This document shows positions 9,968 through 20,732 of a stretch of DNA of 64,000 nucleotides, in pieces. The stretch's first letter is position 1, and each line of letters begins with the position of its first letter. The notes below the pieces were generated by a model. That model ran no database searches. It had not been told where the DNA came from and worked only from the letters and a program-made list of their open reading frames with translations. The DNA is taken from NCBI GenBank assembly GCA_965223865.1, contig OZ245020.1:1536001-1600000 (forward strand), given 5' to 3'. This DNA comes from Nitrosarchaeum sp. (GTDB taxonomy: Archaea; Thermoproteota; Nitrososphaeria; Nitrososphaerales; Nitrosopumilaceae). The position numbers were made by a program, and so were the translations under genes.

Positions 9968-10478
9968 CTAAAGCATTAATTCTATTTTCCTAAAAATCAA
10001 AATATGTAATAAAATATTCATCTTCCAGCAAATCCTGACCACTGCTCTTAGAATCTCAATTATCTTCCAAGCAAATCTGTCAATATTGATGTTTGGTTCT
10101 GCAATTATTGCTATTGCATTTTTGTATATCGGAAAACTCATTATCACGACATCTTCTCGACGCGATGCTGAATACTTTACCCGCCCAAGATCATTATCAT
10201 GCTTTTTTCTTTTTGACACTGGCAGATATCTCTTTGAGTATATCATCTAGATACACTTGACTTAACAAAGTCTGCCTTCTTGCTTTCTTATCTCCTAAAA
10301 AGCCACCTGCGACTATCTTGCCAGATTCGTTTATCATTGCAGCAAATCTTATGTATTGCATTTTCAGTATTTTTTTGCATTTTTGGCCATACATCTCTTG
10401 GTACATGTTATTGTAGGAAGGTTCTTTTTTCAGACTAAATGAAGTTCTTGGTTCTTCTTCTACTAATGTCATTATCAA
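9968..10478 (-). pseudogene. Split roadblock-like (DUF6659-type) gene
   Basis: IRFAAMINESGKIVAGGF in one frame and HDNDLGRVKYSASRREDVVIMSFP in another; intact paralog at 29888-30277. Confidence 0.75.
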
Positions 10479-10576
10479 CCCTTCAAGAAGAATACCAAGG
10501 CTGCAATACCGACAACAATGCCTATGAAAATCAGCGTATTTCTTGTTGAATAATTTCTTATCAGTTCGCTCATCAT
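10475..10576 (-). CDS. 33-aa single-TM peptide
   Basis: MMSELIRNYSTRNTLIFIGIVVGIAALVFFLKG; its stop overlaps the next start (TTGA). Confidence 0.45.
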   Translation of the reverse strand: MMSELIRNYSTRNTLIFIGIVVGIAALVFFLKG

Positions 10577-10723
10577 TCTAACACCCCTATAATCTACCCA
10601 AAAATAGATTAATAAGACATTCATAAAAAATATTTTAAATTTATTTAGTATTAATGATTAAATTCAACCATTTATTAAGTAAAAATTGAAATTACTTATA
10701 ATATTGTTTTGCCTCGTCTCTGT

Positions 10724-10891
10724 ATGATGTACAAACTATCATTCAAAGAAAATGACGACAATAACGATGATTACTATACTGACTGCCAACGATGTCATAA
10801 TCCGTTGCCTCACTGTCATTGCACATGTCCATACTGTGGGGAGCGTGACGAATGCGAATGTGCATTGTTTGATGCAGCTACTGGAGGATAA
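10724..10891 (+). CDS. Cys/His-rich zinc-binding microprotein ending in Gly-Gly
   Basis: [26 protein letters not shown]...FDAATGG*; ends 8 bp before the korB-like gene. Confidence 0.7.
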   Translation: MMYKLSFKENDDNNDDYYTDCQRCHNPLPHCHCTCPYCGERDECECALFDAATGG

Positions 10892-10899
10892 ACAACAGT

Positions 10900-11865
10900 A
10901 TGGCTCTAAAGATGTCAGATTACAAGACAAGCGTACATAATGACTGGTGTCCAGGATGTGGGGATTTTGGAATTCTCAATGCAATTCAGATGGCATTGGC
11001 AAAATTGCAGATAAAAAGAGATAAGGCCGTAATTTTTTCTGGAATTGGATGTTCAGGAAAGACCTCCCATTTTGTAAATGTCAACGGGGTCCACTTTCCG
11101 CATGGAAGATTGCTGACTGCTGCACAGGGAGCAAAAATTTGTAACCCAGAGCTTACGGTAATTGGCACTGCAGGAGACGGAGATGGTTTGGGAATTGGGG
11201 CAGGTCATTTTGTTGCTGCAGGACGGCGAAACATCGACATTACCTACCTTATCTTTGATAATGGGGTTTATGGTTTAACCAAGGGACAGGCATCACCAAC
11301 GCTAAAGCTAGGAGAAAAGACAAAGTCTCTTGAAAATCCAAATCCAAATTATGGTGTTAATCCAATTGGCCTTGCACTAGCAAGTGGATATACATTTGTC
11401 GCACGTAGCTACTCCTACAGCATGAAGCATCTTGTAGATGTCATAATGAAAGGAATAAAACACAAGGGTCTTTCTTTCATCCAGGTTTTACAGCCATGCC
11501 CTACCTACAATGATGTCAATACGAGGGATTGGTATGCAGGGTTAGACAACACGGATCCCAAAACCAACAAGTCCATACCAAGAATATACGAGCTTGAACA
11601 GACAGGATATGAACCGGTTGTAAGACAAAATACTCGGTTAGAACTGCATGAAAAACTAACTCAGGCATTAGTCAGATCACTAGAGTGGTGAGACAAGATT
11701 CCAACTGGAGTGTTCTACCAAAATCCATTCATTTCAACATATGACAGAAGAATTGAGGAAATCATTCCAAATTACATCGAAAATCCTCCAACAAAGCAGA
11801 GAATCGAAGATAGTGGAAGAACATTGACATCTGTTTCCAAACTGCTCGATTCGTTGAAAGTTTAA
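10900..11865 (+). pseudogene. korB: 2-oxoacid:ferredoxin oxidoreductase beta subunit with an internal nonsense codon
   Basis: [32 protein letters not shown]; in-frame TGA at 11689 followed by DKIPTGVFYQN... to TAA 11865; no alpha subunit nearby. Confidence 0.88.
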
Positions 11866-12277
11866 AATTTTGAAGAGAAGATAAATTTTGTGCTACCAGT
11901 ATTCTTGATATGTGCAAATAACATTCAGATCCTGCTTGTTCTACCGTTTAATTTTAGATATTCCCGTAATTCTGAGAGAGACTTGAATTTGTCATACTCA
12001 TTGGGTTGTTATAACAGCATCCTTTAATTTTTTTCCTAAAAACATTTCTGTTTGATTACAGAAATTATTATCAATAGTCACGCTAATAGTCTAGAGCCGC
12101 AACATCTTAATCCTCAATAAATTGTGGATTTTAATTGTCCAGACAATCTTTAATAAAAAAATTTCAGAGATCCTTGAAAGATGTGATATTAAAAAGATGA
12201 TAAAATTCTAACATTTCTTGAAATCAATAATGAGAATATCAGTGGTAGTTTAAAGAATGCCAATCTTACTTTTAAGT

Positions 12278-12592
12278 ATGAAAAAACTTGAAGTGATTGT
12301 TCGGCCTGAACTAAAAGACAAGACTGTTTCTGCAATCAAAAAGAAGGGAGTTGGAGGGGTTACTACCTATCCTGTACAAGGTCTGGGCTCTGAAGACCCA
12401 CCACTGGTGGGCCAGTACTTTTCTAAAGACAAGATAATCTGTATTGTTGATGATCCTAAAGTAGATGGCATTCTTGATGCAATTGCTAATGTAGCATGCA
12501 CAGGTGAAAAAGGAGATGGTAAAGTCTTTGTAGTTCCTGTAGAAGATGCGCTTGACATTTGTACAAAGAAGCGTGGAATAGATTCTATCTAA
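12278..12592 (+). CDS. P-II family signal transduction protein
   Basis: MKKLEVIVRPE, VGGVT..PVQGLG, TGEKGDGKVFVVPVEDA; box A ends 43 bp upstream of ATG 12278. Confidence 0.9.
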   Translation: MKKLEVIVRPELKDKTVSAIKKKGVGGVTTYPVQGLGSEDPPLVGQYFSKDKIICIVDDPKVDGILDAIANVACTGEKGDGKVFVVPVEDALDICTKKRGIDSI

Positions 12593-12599
12593 TTATGCA

Positions 12600-12792
12600 A
12601 AAAGATCAAGCATCATAAATGCCAGGCCAAAGATAATCATAGTCAAAAGGTATGGGACAAGAAATGAACCCACACCGTTTGTTCCCACAAGATATTGAAA
12701 TCACCATATGTTGCCAATCCTACAGCAGAGTAAATTGCTGCAAGCAAAAATTCCCAATATGACTGCCAGTGTTCTCTGTATGTTTATCTCAT
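12600..12792 (-). pseudogene. N-terminal remnant of an NSS/SNF sodium-dependent transporter
   Basis: REHWQSYWEFLLAAIYSAVGL/GNIW*FQYLVGTNGVGSFLVPYLL matches the NSS TM1-TM2 signature, with a frameshift and stops. Confidence 0.75.
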
Positions 12793-12841
12793 TTTTCTAT
12801 TGAGAAAATAATACAATATACCAAATTTGATAATCGTATAT

Positions 12842-13279
12842 TCATTTTGTACCTTTGGTAATCAGTACGGGGCACTTTGCATGTCCTAGCACTCCATTTG
12901 CAACACTTCCCAAAACAATCTTTCTAAAACCGGTTCTTCCATGAGAACCCATTACAATAAGATCAATTCTGTTGGCATCTGCAAAAGACACTATTCCATC
13001 TGAAGACGAGGGATTGTGAACTACCTTAATTGAGAGCTGTACGTTTTTGGCTTTTGCCTGATCTTCTAGTTTTTTGAGCATGGAAGTGGCAATATCTTCT
13101 TCTTCATCCTGGATTTCTTGCATTCGCGTAATAGAAATTCCAGTCGAATCAGACACCTTGGATTGTATGACAGTCATTACTATTAGTTTGGATTCAAACT
13201 TTGCTGCAATCTCCAGTGCTTTCTCAAATGCCTTTTGGGAATATCCAGAACCATCAAATGGTACAAGAATCTTTTTCAA
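12842..13279 (-). CDS. Universal stress protein
   Basis: KILVPFDGS, DLIVMGSHGRTG..LGSVANGV..CPVLI. Confidence 0.95.
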   Translation of the reverse strand: MKKILVPFDGSGYSQKAFEKALEIAAKFESKLIVMTVIQSKVSDSTGISITRMQEIQDEEEDIATSMLKKLEDQAKAKNVQLSIKVVHNPSSSDGIVSFADANRIDLIVMGSHGRTGFRKIVLGSVANGVLGHAKCPVLITKGTK

Positions 13280-13326
13280 TATGAAACGAGATAGACTTTC
13301 TAGAATTTATATCCTGTAATTGATTT

Positions 13327-14643
13327 TCAGGTTGAATGTTCTTTAAGCCACTTGCCGACTTCTGGCCAAAGTTTTTTGTAAGCCGTCTTGCTAATACACA
13401 GCCCTACATGACCTGTTGGAAATTCCAGAGTTTTCTTGTCATTACTAGAAATAACATCAGTTATTGTTCTGCTTGATTCTGCAGAAACCAGATCATCGTT
13501 TGTTCCAACTATGTTCAACACGGGCATGGTAATTTTTTTGAGGTCTATCAGCTTATTTCCTAGCATCATCTTGTTTTGAATCAACAGATTATTTTTGTAA
13601 ATGTCATTTATGATCTGCTCAAAAGCCTTTCCAATGATTGGCACACTGTCATAAAGCCAAGACTCTACTGCTAAAAACTGTTTAATTTCGTTTGCACTTC
13701 TAGGCTGGCTAAAGTAAAAGAAATACTTGGAGGCAGCTTCCAGTGGATTGCGCAACCAGAATGCGATATTGAGAAACGATGATGGGACATTTCCAAACGT
13801 ATCTACAAACTTTTTGACATCAAGTTCTCTGATCCATGACTCAAGTACTGTTGGAGATTTATCAAAATCAGCTGGTGTTGCATGCAGAACAAGACTCTTT
13901 ACGTCTTTTGGGTGTAATGCAGAATAAATCAAAGACAGTATTCCGCCCCAGCAGTACCCAAACAGAATCACATTTCTAGAACCTGTAATTTCTTCTACCT
14001 TGTCTACTGCATTTTCAAGATAGTCATGTGCATAGCTTGCAAGCGACATGTTCTCCTCCTTGGCTGTGGGCATTCTCCAGTCAGTAGCGTACACATCAAA
14101 TCCTAGCTGTTGGAATTGTCTTATTACACTTGTTTGTGGAAGCAAATCCAGTATGTAGTGCCTGTTTATCAAGGAACCTACCACCAAAATTGGTGTCTTG
14201 AATTTTTGTGGCGAGTCTGTTTTGTAATGATGAACCTCGAATCTTCCCTTCATCGGGATTACCTCAGAAGGTGTTCGATTTATCGCATCTCTGACAGGTT
14301 CTACTATATTATCATAATTATAGATTACATTTTCAAGATGCTTGTATAATTTATCATGATGTATTGAAGTGGCAAATCTTGTGTATGATTTAATAAAATT
14401 TGATAGTGTTTTTGAAAAATCAGATTTTTTTAAATGATTTTGTATTTCAGCGTCAAAAATGCCTCTAACCTCGTCTTGAATCTTTTTGCCAGTAGGTTCT
14501 TCTAAATTGGAAACACGTTCTACAGCTTTGGACCAAGAATGAAAAAGTGCCATACTATATTGCATTTGAAGATTCAACGAGTTTGAAAGAAAGTTATCGT
14601 AAAGTGAAAATACATTATCAGAAATATTCTTCGAGTCTGTCAA
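13327..14643 (-). CDS. phaC: Class III-type polyhydroxyalkanoate synthase with a ~115-aa PhaE-like N-terminal extension
   Basis: TPILVVGSLINRHYILDL, lipase box GYCWGG, catalytic Asp (NDDLV) and His (TGHVG). Confidence 0.9.
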   Translation of the reverse strand: MTDSKNISDNVFSLYDNFLSNSLNLQMQYSMALFHSWSKAVERVSNLEEPTGKKIQDEVRGIFDAEIQNHLKKSDFSKTLSNFIKSYTRFATSIHHDKLYKHLENVIYNYDNIVEPVRDAINRTPSEVIPMKGRFEVHHYKTDSPQKFKTPILVVGSLINRHYILDLLPQTSVIRQFQQLGFDVYATDWRMPTAKEENMSLASYAHDYLENAVDKVEEITGSRNVILFGYCWGGILSLIYSALHPKDVKSLVLHATPADFDKSPTVLESWIRELDVKKFVDTFGNVPSSFLNIAFWLRNPLEAASKYFFYFSQPRSANEIKQFLAVESWLYDSVPIIGKAFEQIINDIYKNNLLIQNKMMLGNKLIDLKKITMPVLNIVGTNDDLVSAESSRTITDVISSNDKKTLEFPTGHVGLCISKTAYKKLWPEVGKWLKEHST

Positions 14644-14745
14644 TTCCTACTGCTACTACGAATTATCAATATAATGTTATTTCTTATTGCCAAGCTTGAC
14701 TTTGGTTTAATAATCTAATTATCCAGTTCTTTGTAGAATATCATA

Positions 14746-17487
14746 TTGCAAGATACATCAAAAACAGAGTGGCATACATTGACAGAAGAGCAGATTGCAA
14801 CGATGCTAAGTGTCGATACTGAAAAAGGCCTTAGTACAGATGAGGCAAGCAACAGACTGCAAAAGTTTGGACCAAATACAATATCTGTAAAAAAAGAGCA
14901 AAGTTCTGTAATTTCGTTTCTTTTGCAGTTCAAGCAGCCACTGGTTTTGATTCTGATAATAGCTGGTTCCATAACTGCAATGCTGCAAGAGTGGGTTGAT
15001 ACTGGGGTAATTTTTGGTGTAGTCATAGCCAATGCGACAATTGGTTTTATTCAGGAACACAAGGCAAGTAGGGCAATTCAGGCCCTTGCGCAAATTGTAA
15101 AAACTGAAAATGTTGTAATAAGAAATGGCGAGAAGACAAGACTGCTCTCATACGAGATCGTTCCAGGAGATGTGGTTCAGCTGCGTTCAGGAGACAAGAT
15201 TCCAGCTGATATGAGACTAGTTCACACAAAGGATCTAAAAATTGACGAGTCGGTCTTGACTGGAGAATCAATCTCAGTCCAAAAGCAGACAGAGGTTTTC
15301 CCATCAAGTGCAATGTTGGCAGAACGAAAAAACATGGCTTATGGTGGAACCTTGGTCACCAACGGTTACGGCATTGGAATAGTGGTGGTTACTGGCAATG
15401 AGACTGAGACGGGTAAAATATCTCAGACTATGCGCAAGGCAGAAGAGCTGGAGACGCCCCTAACAAGAAGAATATCTCATTTTAGCAAAAATCTTCTTTT
15501 TGTAATACTTGGCCTGTCTGTTTTGACGTTTGCTTTTGGGATTTTGGTAACTCAAAGATCAGCTACAGAGCTGTTCATGGAGGTAGTTGCTCTGTCAGTG
15601 TCTGTGATTCCTGAAGGACTGCCAGCTGCAATGACCATTACGCTTGCCATAGGCGTAGGATATATGGCAAAAAGGAACTCCATAATCAGAAAACTTCCTG
15701 CAGTAGAGACACTTGGCAGTACCACAATAATCTGCTCAGACAAGACTGGCACCATCACTGAGAACCAGATGACAGTTTCTGAGATTTATGCTGGTGGCAA
15801 ATGTTACGAAGTATCAGGAACCGGTTTTCAACCAATAGGTGAAATCAAACACAATCAAGTTAACGTCAATCTCAATGAACATGAATCATTAAGAGAATGC
15901 CTGATAGCAGGATTGCTCTGCAACGATTCTGAGTTAATTCAAAAAGAGAATCTCTGGGAGGCAAAAGGTGATCCTACAGAGGTTGCCTTAATCACAGCAG
16001 CCCACAAGGCAAACCTAAAACAAACCCTAAAAGAGTCACTCTACAGGATAGATGCCATCCCATTTGAGTCACATCTCCAGTTTATGGCCACACTGCATGA
16101 TGATAATGACAATTCAAACGAAGGGAGAGTAGTCTATGTCAAGGGCTCTGTTGAAAAAATTCTTGCAATGTCAACATTCCAACTAAATGATAATGCAGAA
16201 GATGAATCCTTGACAGAAGACAACATTGCAAAATTGCATGAAACAGCAGACAGTCTGGCATCCAAAGGTCTACGGGTATTGGCATTTGCAAAAAAGAAAA
16301 CGTCAAATCAAAATCATAATGTAGAAATTTCTGATGTGAATACAGGTCTTGTTTTTCTAGGATTTCAGGCAATGATGGATCCACCAAGGCCCGAAGTGAT
16401 TGAAGCCATAAAAAAATGCCAGAACGCTGGAATACGTGTAAAAATGATAACAGGGGATAATCTAAAGACTGCAATTAGCATAGGCAAACAAATTGGTCTG
16501 AATCAAACATCTACAAAAAATAAATTGGACATAACTGCAATTACAGGCAAAGAACTGCAAGAGCACTCAGAAAAAGACCTGGCAGAAATTGCAAACAAAA
16601 CAGATGTGTTTGCAAGAGTCTTGCCAGAACAAAAATTTTCCTTGGTAAAGGCACTTCAATCCAAAGGAAACATAGTTGCCATGACCGGTGACGGAGTAAA
16701 TGATGCGTCTGCATTAAAGCAGGCAGATGTGGGAATCGCAATGGGAATAACTGGAACCGAGGTTGCAAAGGAGGCATCAGATGTGATTTTAACTGACGAT
16801 AACTTTGCATCAATCGAGGCAGCAGTCGAAGAGGGAAGAAGAATCTTAGATACTCTAATCAAGTTCATCGTCTGGACTCTTCCTACGAACTTTGGTGAGG
16901 GTTTGGTCGTATTGGCATCGATATTTGCTGGCATGCTGATGCCAATTCTGCCTGTTCAGATTTTATGGATCAACATGACTACTGCTTTGGCATTAGGGAT
17001 GATGCTCATCTTTGAGCCAAAAGAGTCCGACGTTATGGAACGGCCTCCTAGAAAACCACACTCTCCAATTCTTACAAGAGATCTGATAGTTCAGATAATC
17101 GTTGTTAGTGCATGCATTCTGATTTCAGTATATGGTCTGTTTGAGTGGTCAATTGCAGATGGCAGCACTGAAGATGAGGCAAGAACAATTGCAGTAAATA
17201 CAATTGTCATGATTGAGTTGTTCTATCTCTTTAATTGTAGATCTCTAACTAAATCCATTTTAAGAATAGGATTTTTTTCAAACAAGTTGATTTTTCTTGG
17301 AGTTGCAGTCATGATTCTATTGCAGATTACCTTCACGTATGTTCCAACAATGAATGAGATTTTCCATAGTCATCCAATTGGAATTGAATCATGGATGAAA
17401 ATAATTGGAGTGTCTCTTGTTGTTTTTATTATAATTGAATTCAAGAAATTCATTAGCAATAAAATACACTTGGTTCAGAAAACATAG
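14746..17487 (+). CDS. Type II cation-transporting P-type ATPase (CtpF/Ca2+-ATPase-like)
   Basis: TGES, IPEGL, DKTGT, TGDN, MTGDGVND, QILWIN motifs. Confidence 0.95.
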   Translation: MQDTSKTEWHTLTEEQIATMLSVDTEKGLSTDEASNRLQKFGPNTISVKKEQSSVISFLLQFKQPLVLILIIAGSITAMLQEWVDTGVIFGVVIANATIGFIQEHKASRAIQALAQIVKTENVVIRNGEKTRLLSYEIVPGDVVQLRSGDKIPADMRLVHTKDLKIDESVLTGESISVQKQTEVFPSSAMLAERKNMAYGGTLVTNGYGIGIVVVTGNETETGKISQTMRKAEELETPLTRRISHFSKNLLFVILGLSVLTFAFGILVTQRSATELFMEVVALSVSVIPEGLPAAMTITLAIGVGYMAKRNSIIRKLPAVETLGSTTIICSDKTGTITENQMTVSEIYAGGKCYEVSGTGFQPIGEIKHNQVNVNLNEHESLRECLIAGLLCNDSELIQKENLWEAKGDPTEVALITAAHKANLKQTLKESLYRIDAIPFESHLQFMATLHDDNDNSNEGRVVYVKGSVEKILAMSTFQLNDNAEDESLTEDNIAKLHETADSLASKGLRVLAFAKKKTSNQNHNVEISDVNTGLVFLGFQAMMDPPRPEVIEAIKKCQNAGIRVKMITGDNLKTAISIGKQIGLNQTSTKNKLDITAITGKELQEHSEKDLAEIANKTDVFARVLPEQKFSLVKALQSKGNIVAMTGDGVNDASALKQADVGIAMGITGTEVAKEASDVILTDDNFASIEAAVEEGRRILDTLIKFIVWTLPTNFGEGLVVLASIFAGMLMPILPVQILWINMTTALALGMMLIFEPKESDVMERPPRKPHSPILTRDLIVQIIVVSACILISVYGLFEWSIADGSTEDEARTIAVNTIVMIELFYLFNCRSLTKSILRIGFFSNKLIFLGVAVMILLQITFTYVPTMNEIFHSHPIGIESWMKIIGVSLVVFIIIEFKKFISNKIHLVQKT

Positions 17488-17815
17488 CAGCATCCATACT
17501 TGGATTTTTTAGTTGAGATGTTATCAAAGAACGACTCTAAAATTATCTATACATGTTGCTAATGTTAATTAGTGTAACAAGACATGTATGTTTTTAATCA
17601 TTTTCATGATGATAATGCACATATGTTTGATTACAGTTAATTGAATTTTTTCTTATTCTCCAAAACAGAATTGACGATCTTCATAAAATCAATATGGTTT
17701 ATTTTATTTGGCATTATTACAAAGACGATACCAGTGAATGTACATATTGAAAGAAACGTCAAGTTACCACTTTCAATCAAAGTATGATTGACTTTAATTA
17801 TTTTAGAATCCAGTA

Positions 17816-18247
17816 TTATTTTACCACCAATACCTGAACCTTTGAATTATTTACTATTCCATGTGCAACGCTTCCAACATAACTTGCCTTTGATGATCCC
17901 AAACCTCTTGAACCTATAACTATGATATCAAATTTGTTCCTTGTTGCAAAGCCAACTATGGTATCTACTGCATTTTTTGATGACGCAATTTTTTCATTGA
18001 ACTCTATTCCATGACGGGCTGCGCTGATCTTGGCCGATTCCATGAACTTTTTTGCTAGTTTGCTCAAGTGTGCCCTGTAAGATTTGACATTTACTTCGTA
18101 TGATGGAGGAAATTCTGGCAGTACATGCATACCGGTAATAATTCCTTGCGATTGCCTTGCAAGCGATATGGCATGGTTTAACCCTCTAATGGAGTTTGGA
18201 GAGCCATCCAGGCCAACAAGTATTTTTTTGAATTTGTTTTGTAACAT
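17816..18247 (-). CDS. Universal stress protein
   Basis: KKILVGLDGS, IIVIGSRGLG...GSVAHG; start placed at ATG 18247 (box A-like site 42 bp upstream). Confidence 0.92.
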   Translation of the reverse strand: MLQNKFKKILVGLDGSPNSIRGLNHAISLARQSQGIITGMHVLPEFPPSYEVNVKSYRAHLSKLAKKFMESAKISAARHGIEFNEKIASSKNAVDTIVGFATRNKFDIIVIGSRGLGSSKASYVGSVAHGIVNNSKVQVLVVK

Positions 18248-18402
18248 AAATACAGATCGAATTAGCAAGATAATAGCATAAGCATAAATCTCAACATGGA
18301 ATCTGGCCCTATCTTTCTCATGTATTGCCACCTGCAAACCAGATCATTTCATTTTGCTTTCCAATGACATGGTAATTTTTCTTCATGTTTCTTGTATTGT
18401 TA

Positions 18403-18879
18403 TTATTCTCTAGATGTTTGCTTGATTATTGAGGCCCAGTAATCAATTAGGTTTTTGTTTATTTTTTCAAAAGATACTGAATTTTTATTGAATGCCTCGA
18501 TATTTTTGGAAAGAATCTCAAGAGATTTGAGCACCAGTTGGTTTTGCAGATTCCAAGACATTGTAGTTTGGTCTGCAAATGACTTTGCAATCTCCATTGT
18601 TGCATCTGAGGAACTGTCGGGATTTATTCCTAGTTGTTCTGATACGGTTTGCTGAAGCAAAAGTGCATGCTCTACATTTTTTTTTCTTGATTCAATTATC
18701 TCTTGTTGAAGATCAGATACTGACTGAAGATAACTTGCAGCGTTTGCCTTTACTTCATTGAGGTATCTAGAAAGGCTGTTTTCAAAAGCGGCATATACGT
18801 CCTGGGAAATTTCTTTGGATTTTGATGATTCTTCTAATTTTTTAGGATGTTGTGGTGATGGGGATGAGGTAACGCTCAA
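18403..18879 (-). CDS. All-helical hypothetical protein, possibly phasin-like
   Basis: Amphipathic helices, no TM segment; weakly similar to 1475-1954. Confidence 0.55.
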   Translation of the reverse strand: MSVTSSPSPQHPKKLEESSKSKEISQDVYAAFENSLSRYLNEVKANAASYLQSVSDLQQEIIESRKKNVEHALLLQQTVSEQLGINPDSSSDATMEIAKSFADQTTMSWNLQNQLVLKSLEILSKNIEAFNKNSVSFEKINKNLIDYWASIIKQTSRE

Positions 18880-19438
18880 TTTGGAGAATATAATGTAATT
18901 TTAAAATTTAAAGTTTGACTAGATTTTCATTTTTGGTTTTAATTCAACCAGATGAACTCATCGAATATATTGTATCAATTTTTCAAAAGGCGAATAACAG
19001 TTTTCCAAGTATAGTACAATCCAAAGATCACACAGTTGAGGAGATTGCTCCGGTCAACTTTCCTCTTGGTTGACTGTTATTCAATAGTGTTACAGCAATG
19101 TACCTATTACAGATATTCATAAATTTCAAGAGTGAAAATATTTGATACATTGTGATACATTGTTGCGATATCTCTCAATAGTGAAAATTGTATGTCATGA
19201 TTAAGAAATGCAATAGAATATTGAAAGCGATGAGGATGTAATGCTATTTCTCCGCCATTCATAAAGTGGATTTGAGACGATTTACATTTTTGACCTTGTG
19301 ATGTGCTTCTGACGTATCTTCCTTATTCACTTGGCAGTCCTCATCAGTTTTCATAATTATAATCAGAATAGAATTCATTGTTTTTGTTTGATATTTTCAA
19401 GTTAACCTAACTAAAAATTCCCAATAATTGAGAAAGCA

Positions 19439-19954
19439 TCAAGAAATATTGAAGCTTAAATGGTCATCGTTTATCTCAAACTCCTTAACTGGGCGATTAA
19501 TTGAGTCCATGATGTCTTCTATTGCATATTTTTGAATCATACTCCACTTGTTGCCTAAACTGTGAACCATAGTATATCTTGCATCTCCTTCATCTGATTT
19601 TTTTATCTTAAATGGAATACCATGAGAGATACAGTTTTTTTTAATCGTTGCCAATGCAGACTCTAAAGTGATTTGACCGTGACGGCACATGATCTGTTTT
19701 TTCAGATCATCGGCACATATACTGCCCAATTTGTTAATGTCTTTCTTGTTTACTGAATTAACACATGTTTTGATAAATTCTGGACTCAGCCAAACATAAC
19801 GCAGATCCTGAAAATTACTATACACTTCGTTATGTCTTGCTAAAATGTTGTTGACATGGTTGTTCAGCGTTATTCTTTTTTCACGTGACTCTGTTTTAAG
19901 ACCATCTAAGGTGTCATTGTCTATTCTGAATCCCTTGACAGTATTATTGCCCAT
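19439..19954 (-). CDS. RHH-domain regulator with a C-terminal ligand-binding (V4R-like) domain
   Basis: GFRIDNDTLDGLK..ITLNNHVNNIL; HSLGNKWS motif shared with 36849 and 59451. Confidence 0.7.
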   Translation of the reverse strand: MGNNTVKGFRIDNDTLDGLKTESREKRITLNNHVNNILARHNEVYSNFQDLRYVWLSPEFIKTCVNSVNKKDINKLGSICADDLKKQIMCRHGQITLESALATIKKNCISHGIPFKIKKSDEGDARYTMVHSLGNKWSMIQKYAIEDIMDSINRPVKEFEINDDHLSFNIS

Positions 19955-20182
19955 TTATGAAATTAGGGAGTTAGACACTGAAAAGTCTGTTGGTATGGAG
20001 ACTTAATTAAATAGGTTGCAGTAGTGTTGGGTTGCGGTTATGTTTTTGAGAGATTTTGTCAAATCAGAGTTATTTTGAAGCGTGTGTGATCTCAAACCCA
20101 TGGATTCTTTTTGTCATAATAGATTACCCTACAACTCTCAGAGCAAAAATATCTGGAATTTTCAAGTTCTTTTCCGCAGTTT

Positions 20183-20563
20183 TTACACTTTTGGTTCTTC
20201 ATTAAAGGCCCTACTTCTAACTATCACAATCTCTGTATCAGAACCATTCATTTTGGCATGAATCTCTTTTACGTTGCTTTTGTACAAAAAGAGCTTTTTC
20301 CCATCATCATGTATCATTCCAGAGACATCAAGCAGTTTTGCATCAATCAAGCTTTGCAGCCTTCTATAAACAGTGCTGATTGGTATTTTTGTTTCAGAGG
20401 CAAGAACAGATGCACATTTTGACTCTGACCTTGTCACATCAAGAATCTGTCTGCAATACTTGTCAGAAAGTATGTTCAAAATTTTTTCATTTAACTCTTC
20501 ATCTGTATGGTTACTAATGTAGAATGTTTTTTCTTTTGGTTTTTCAAGATATGATATCTGCAT
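20183..20563 (-). CDS. ArsR-like winged-helix regulator
   Basis: LSDKYCRQIL...IPISTVYRRLQSL...DGKKLFLYKS; start placed at ATG 20563. Confidence 0.85.
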   Translation of the reverse strand: MQISYLEKPKEKTFYISNHTDEELNEKILNILSDKYCRQILDVTRSESKCASVLASETKIPISTVYRRLQSLIDAKLLDVSGMIHDDGKKLFLYKSNVKEIHAKMNGSDTEIVIVRSRAFNEEPKV

Positions 20564-20606
20564 GGAAGAGTAACAGTAAATGAAATTTATTAAATTAGTA
20601 TACACT

Positions 20607-20620
20607 TTCCAACCTTGGAA
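20607..20620. promoter_or_regulatory. Box A palindrome TTCCA-ACCT-TGGAA
   Basis: Perfect 5-4-5 palindrome 44 bp upstream of the wHTH start, on the far side of a TTTAATAA box. Confidence 0.7.
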
Positions 20621-20732
20621 GCTACTGCAACTTTGTGATACATTGTATATACAAAATTAGAGATTTTGATTTTCTTAAAAACCATAACAGAAATATGAAA
20701 AAGGTAAAAAAGAAAAAGTCAGATAAAAAAAA

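Noticed and set aside
11689-11691. Selenocysteine readthrough in korB
   Set aside because: The position corresponds to Gly, not Cys, and one substitution (GGA>TGA) explains it
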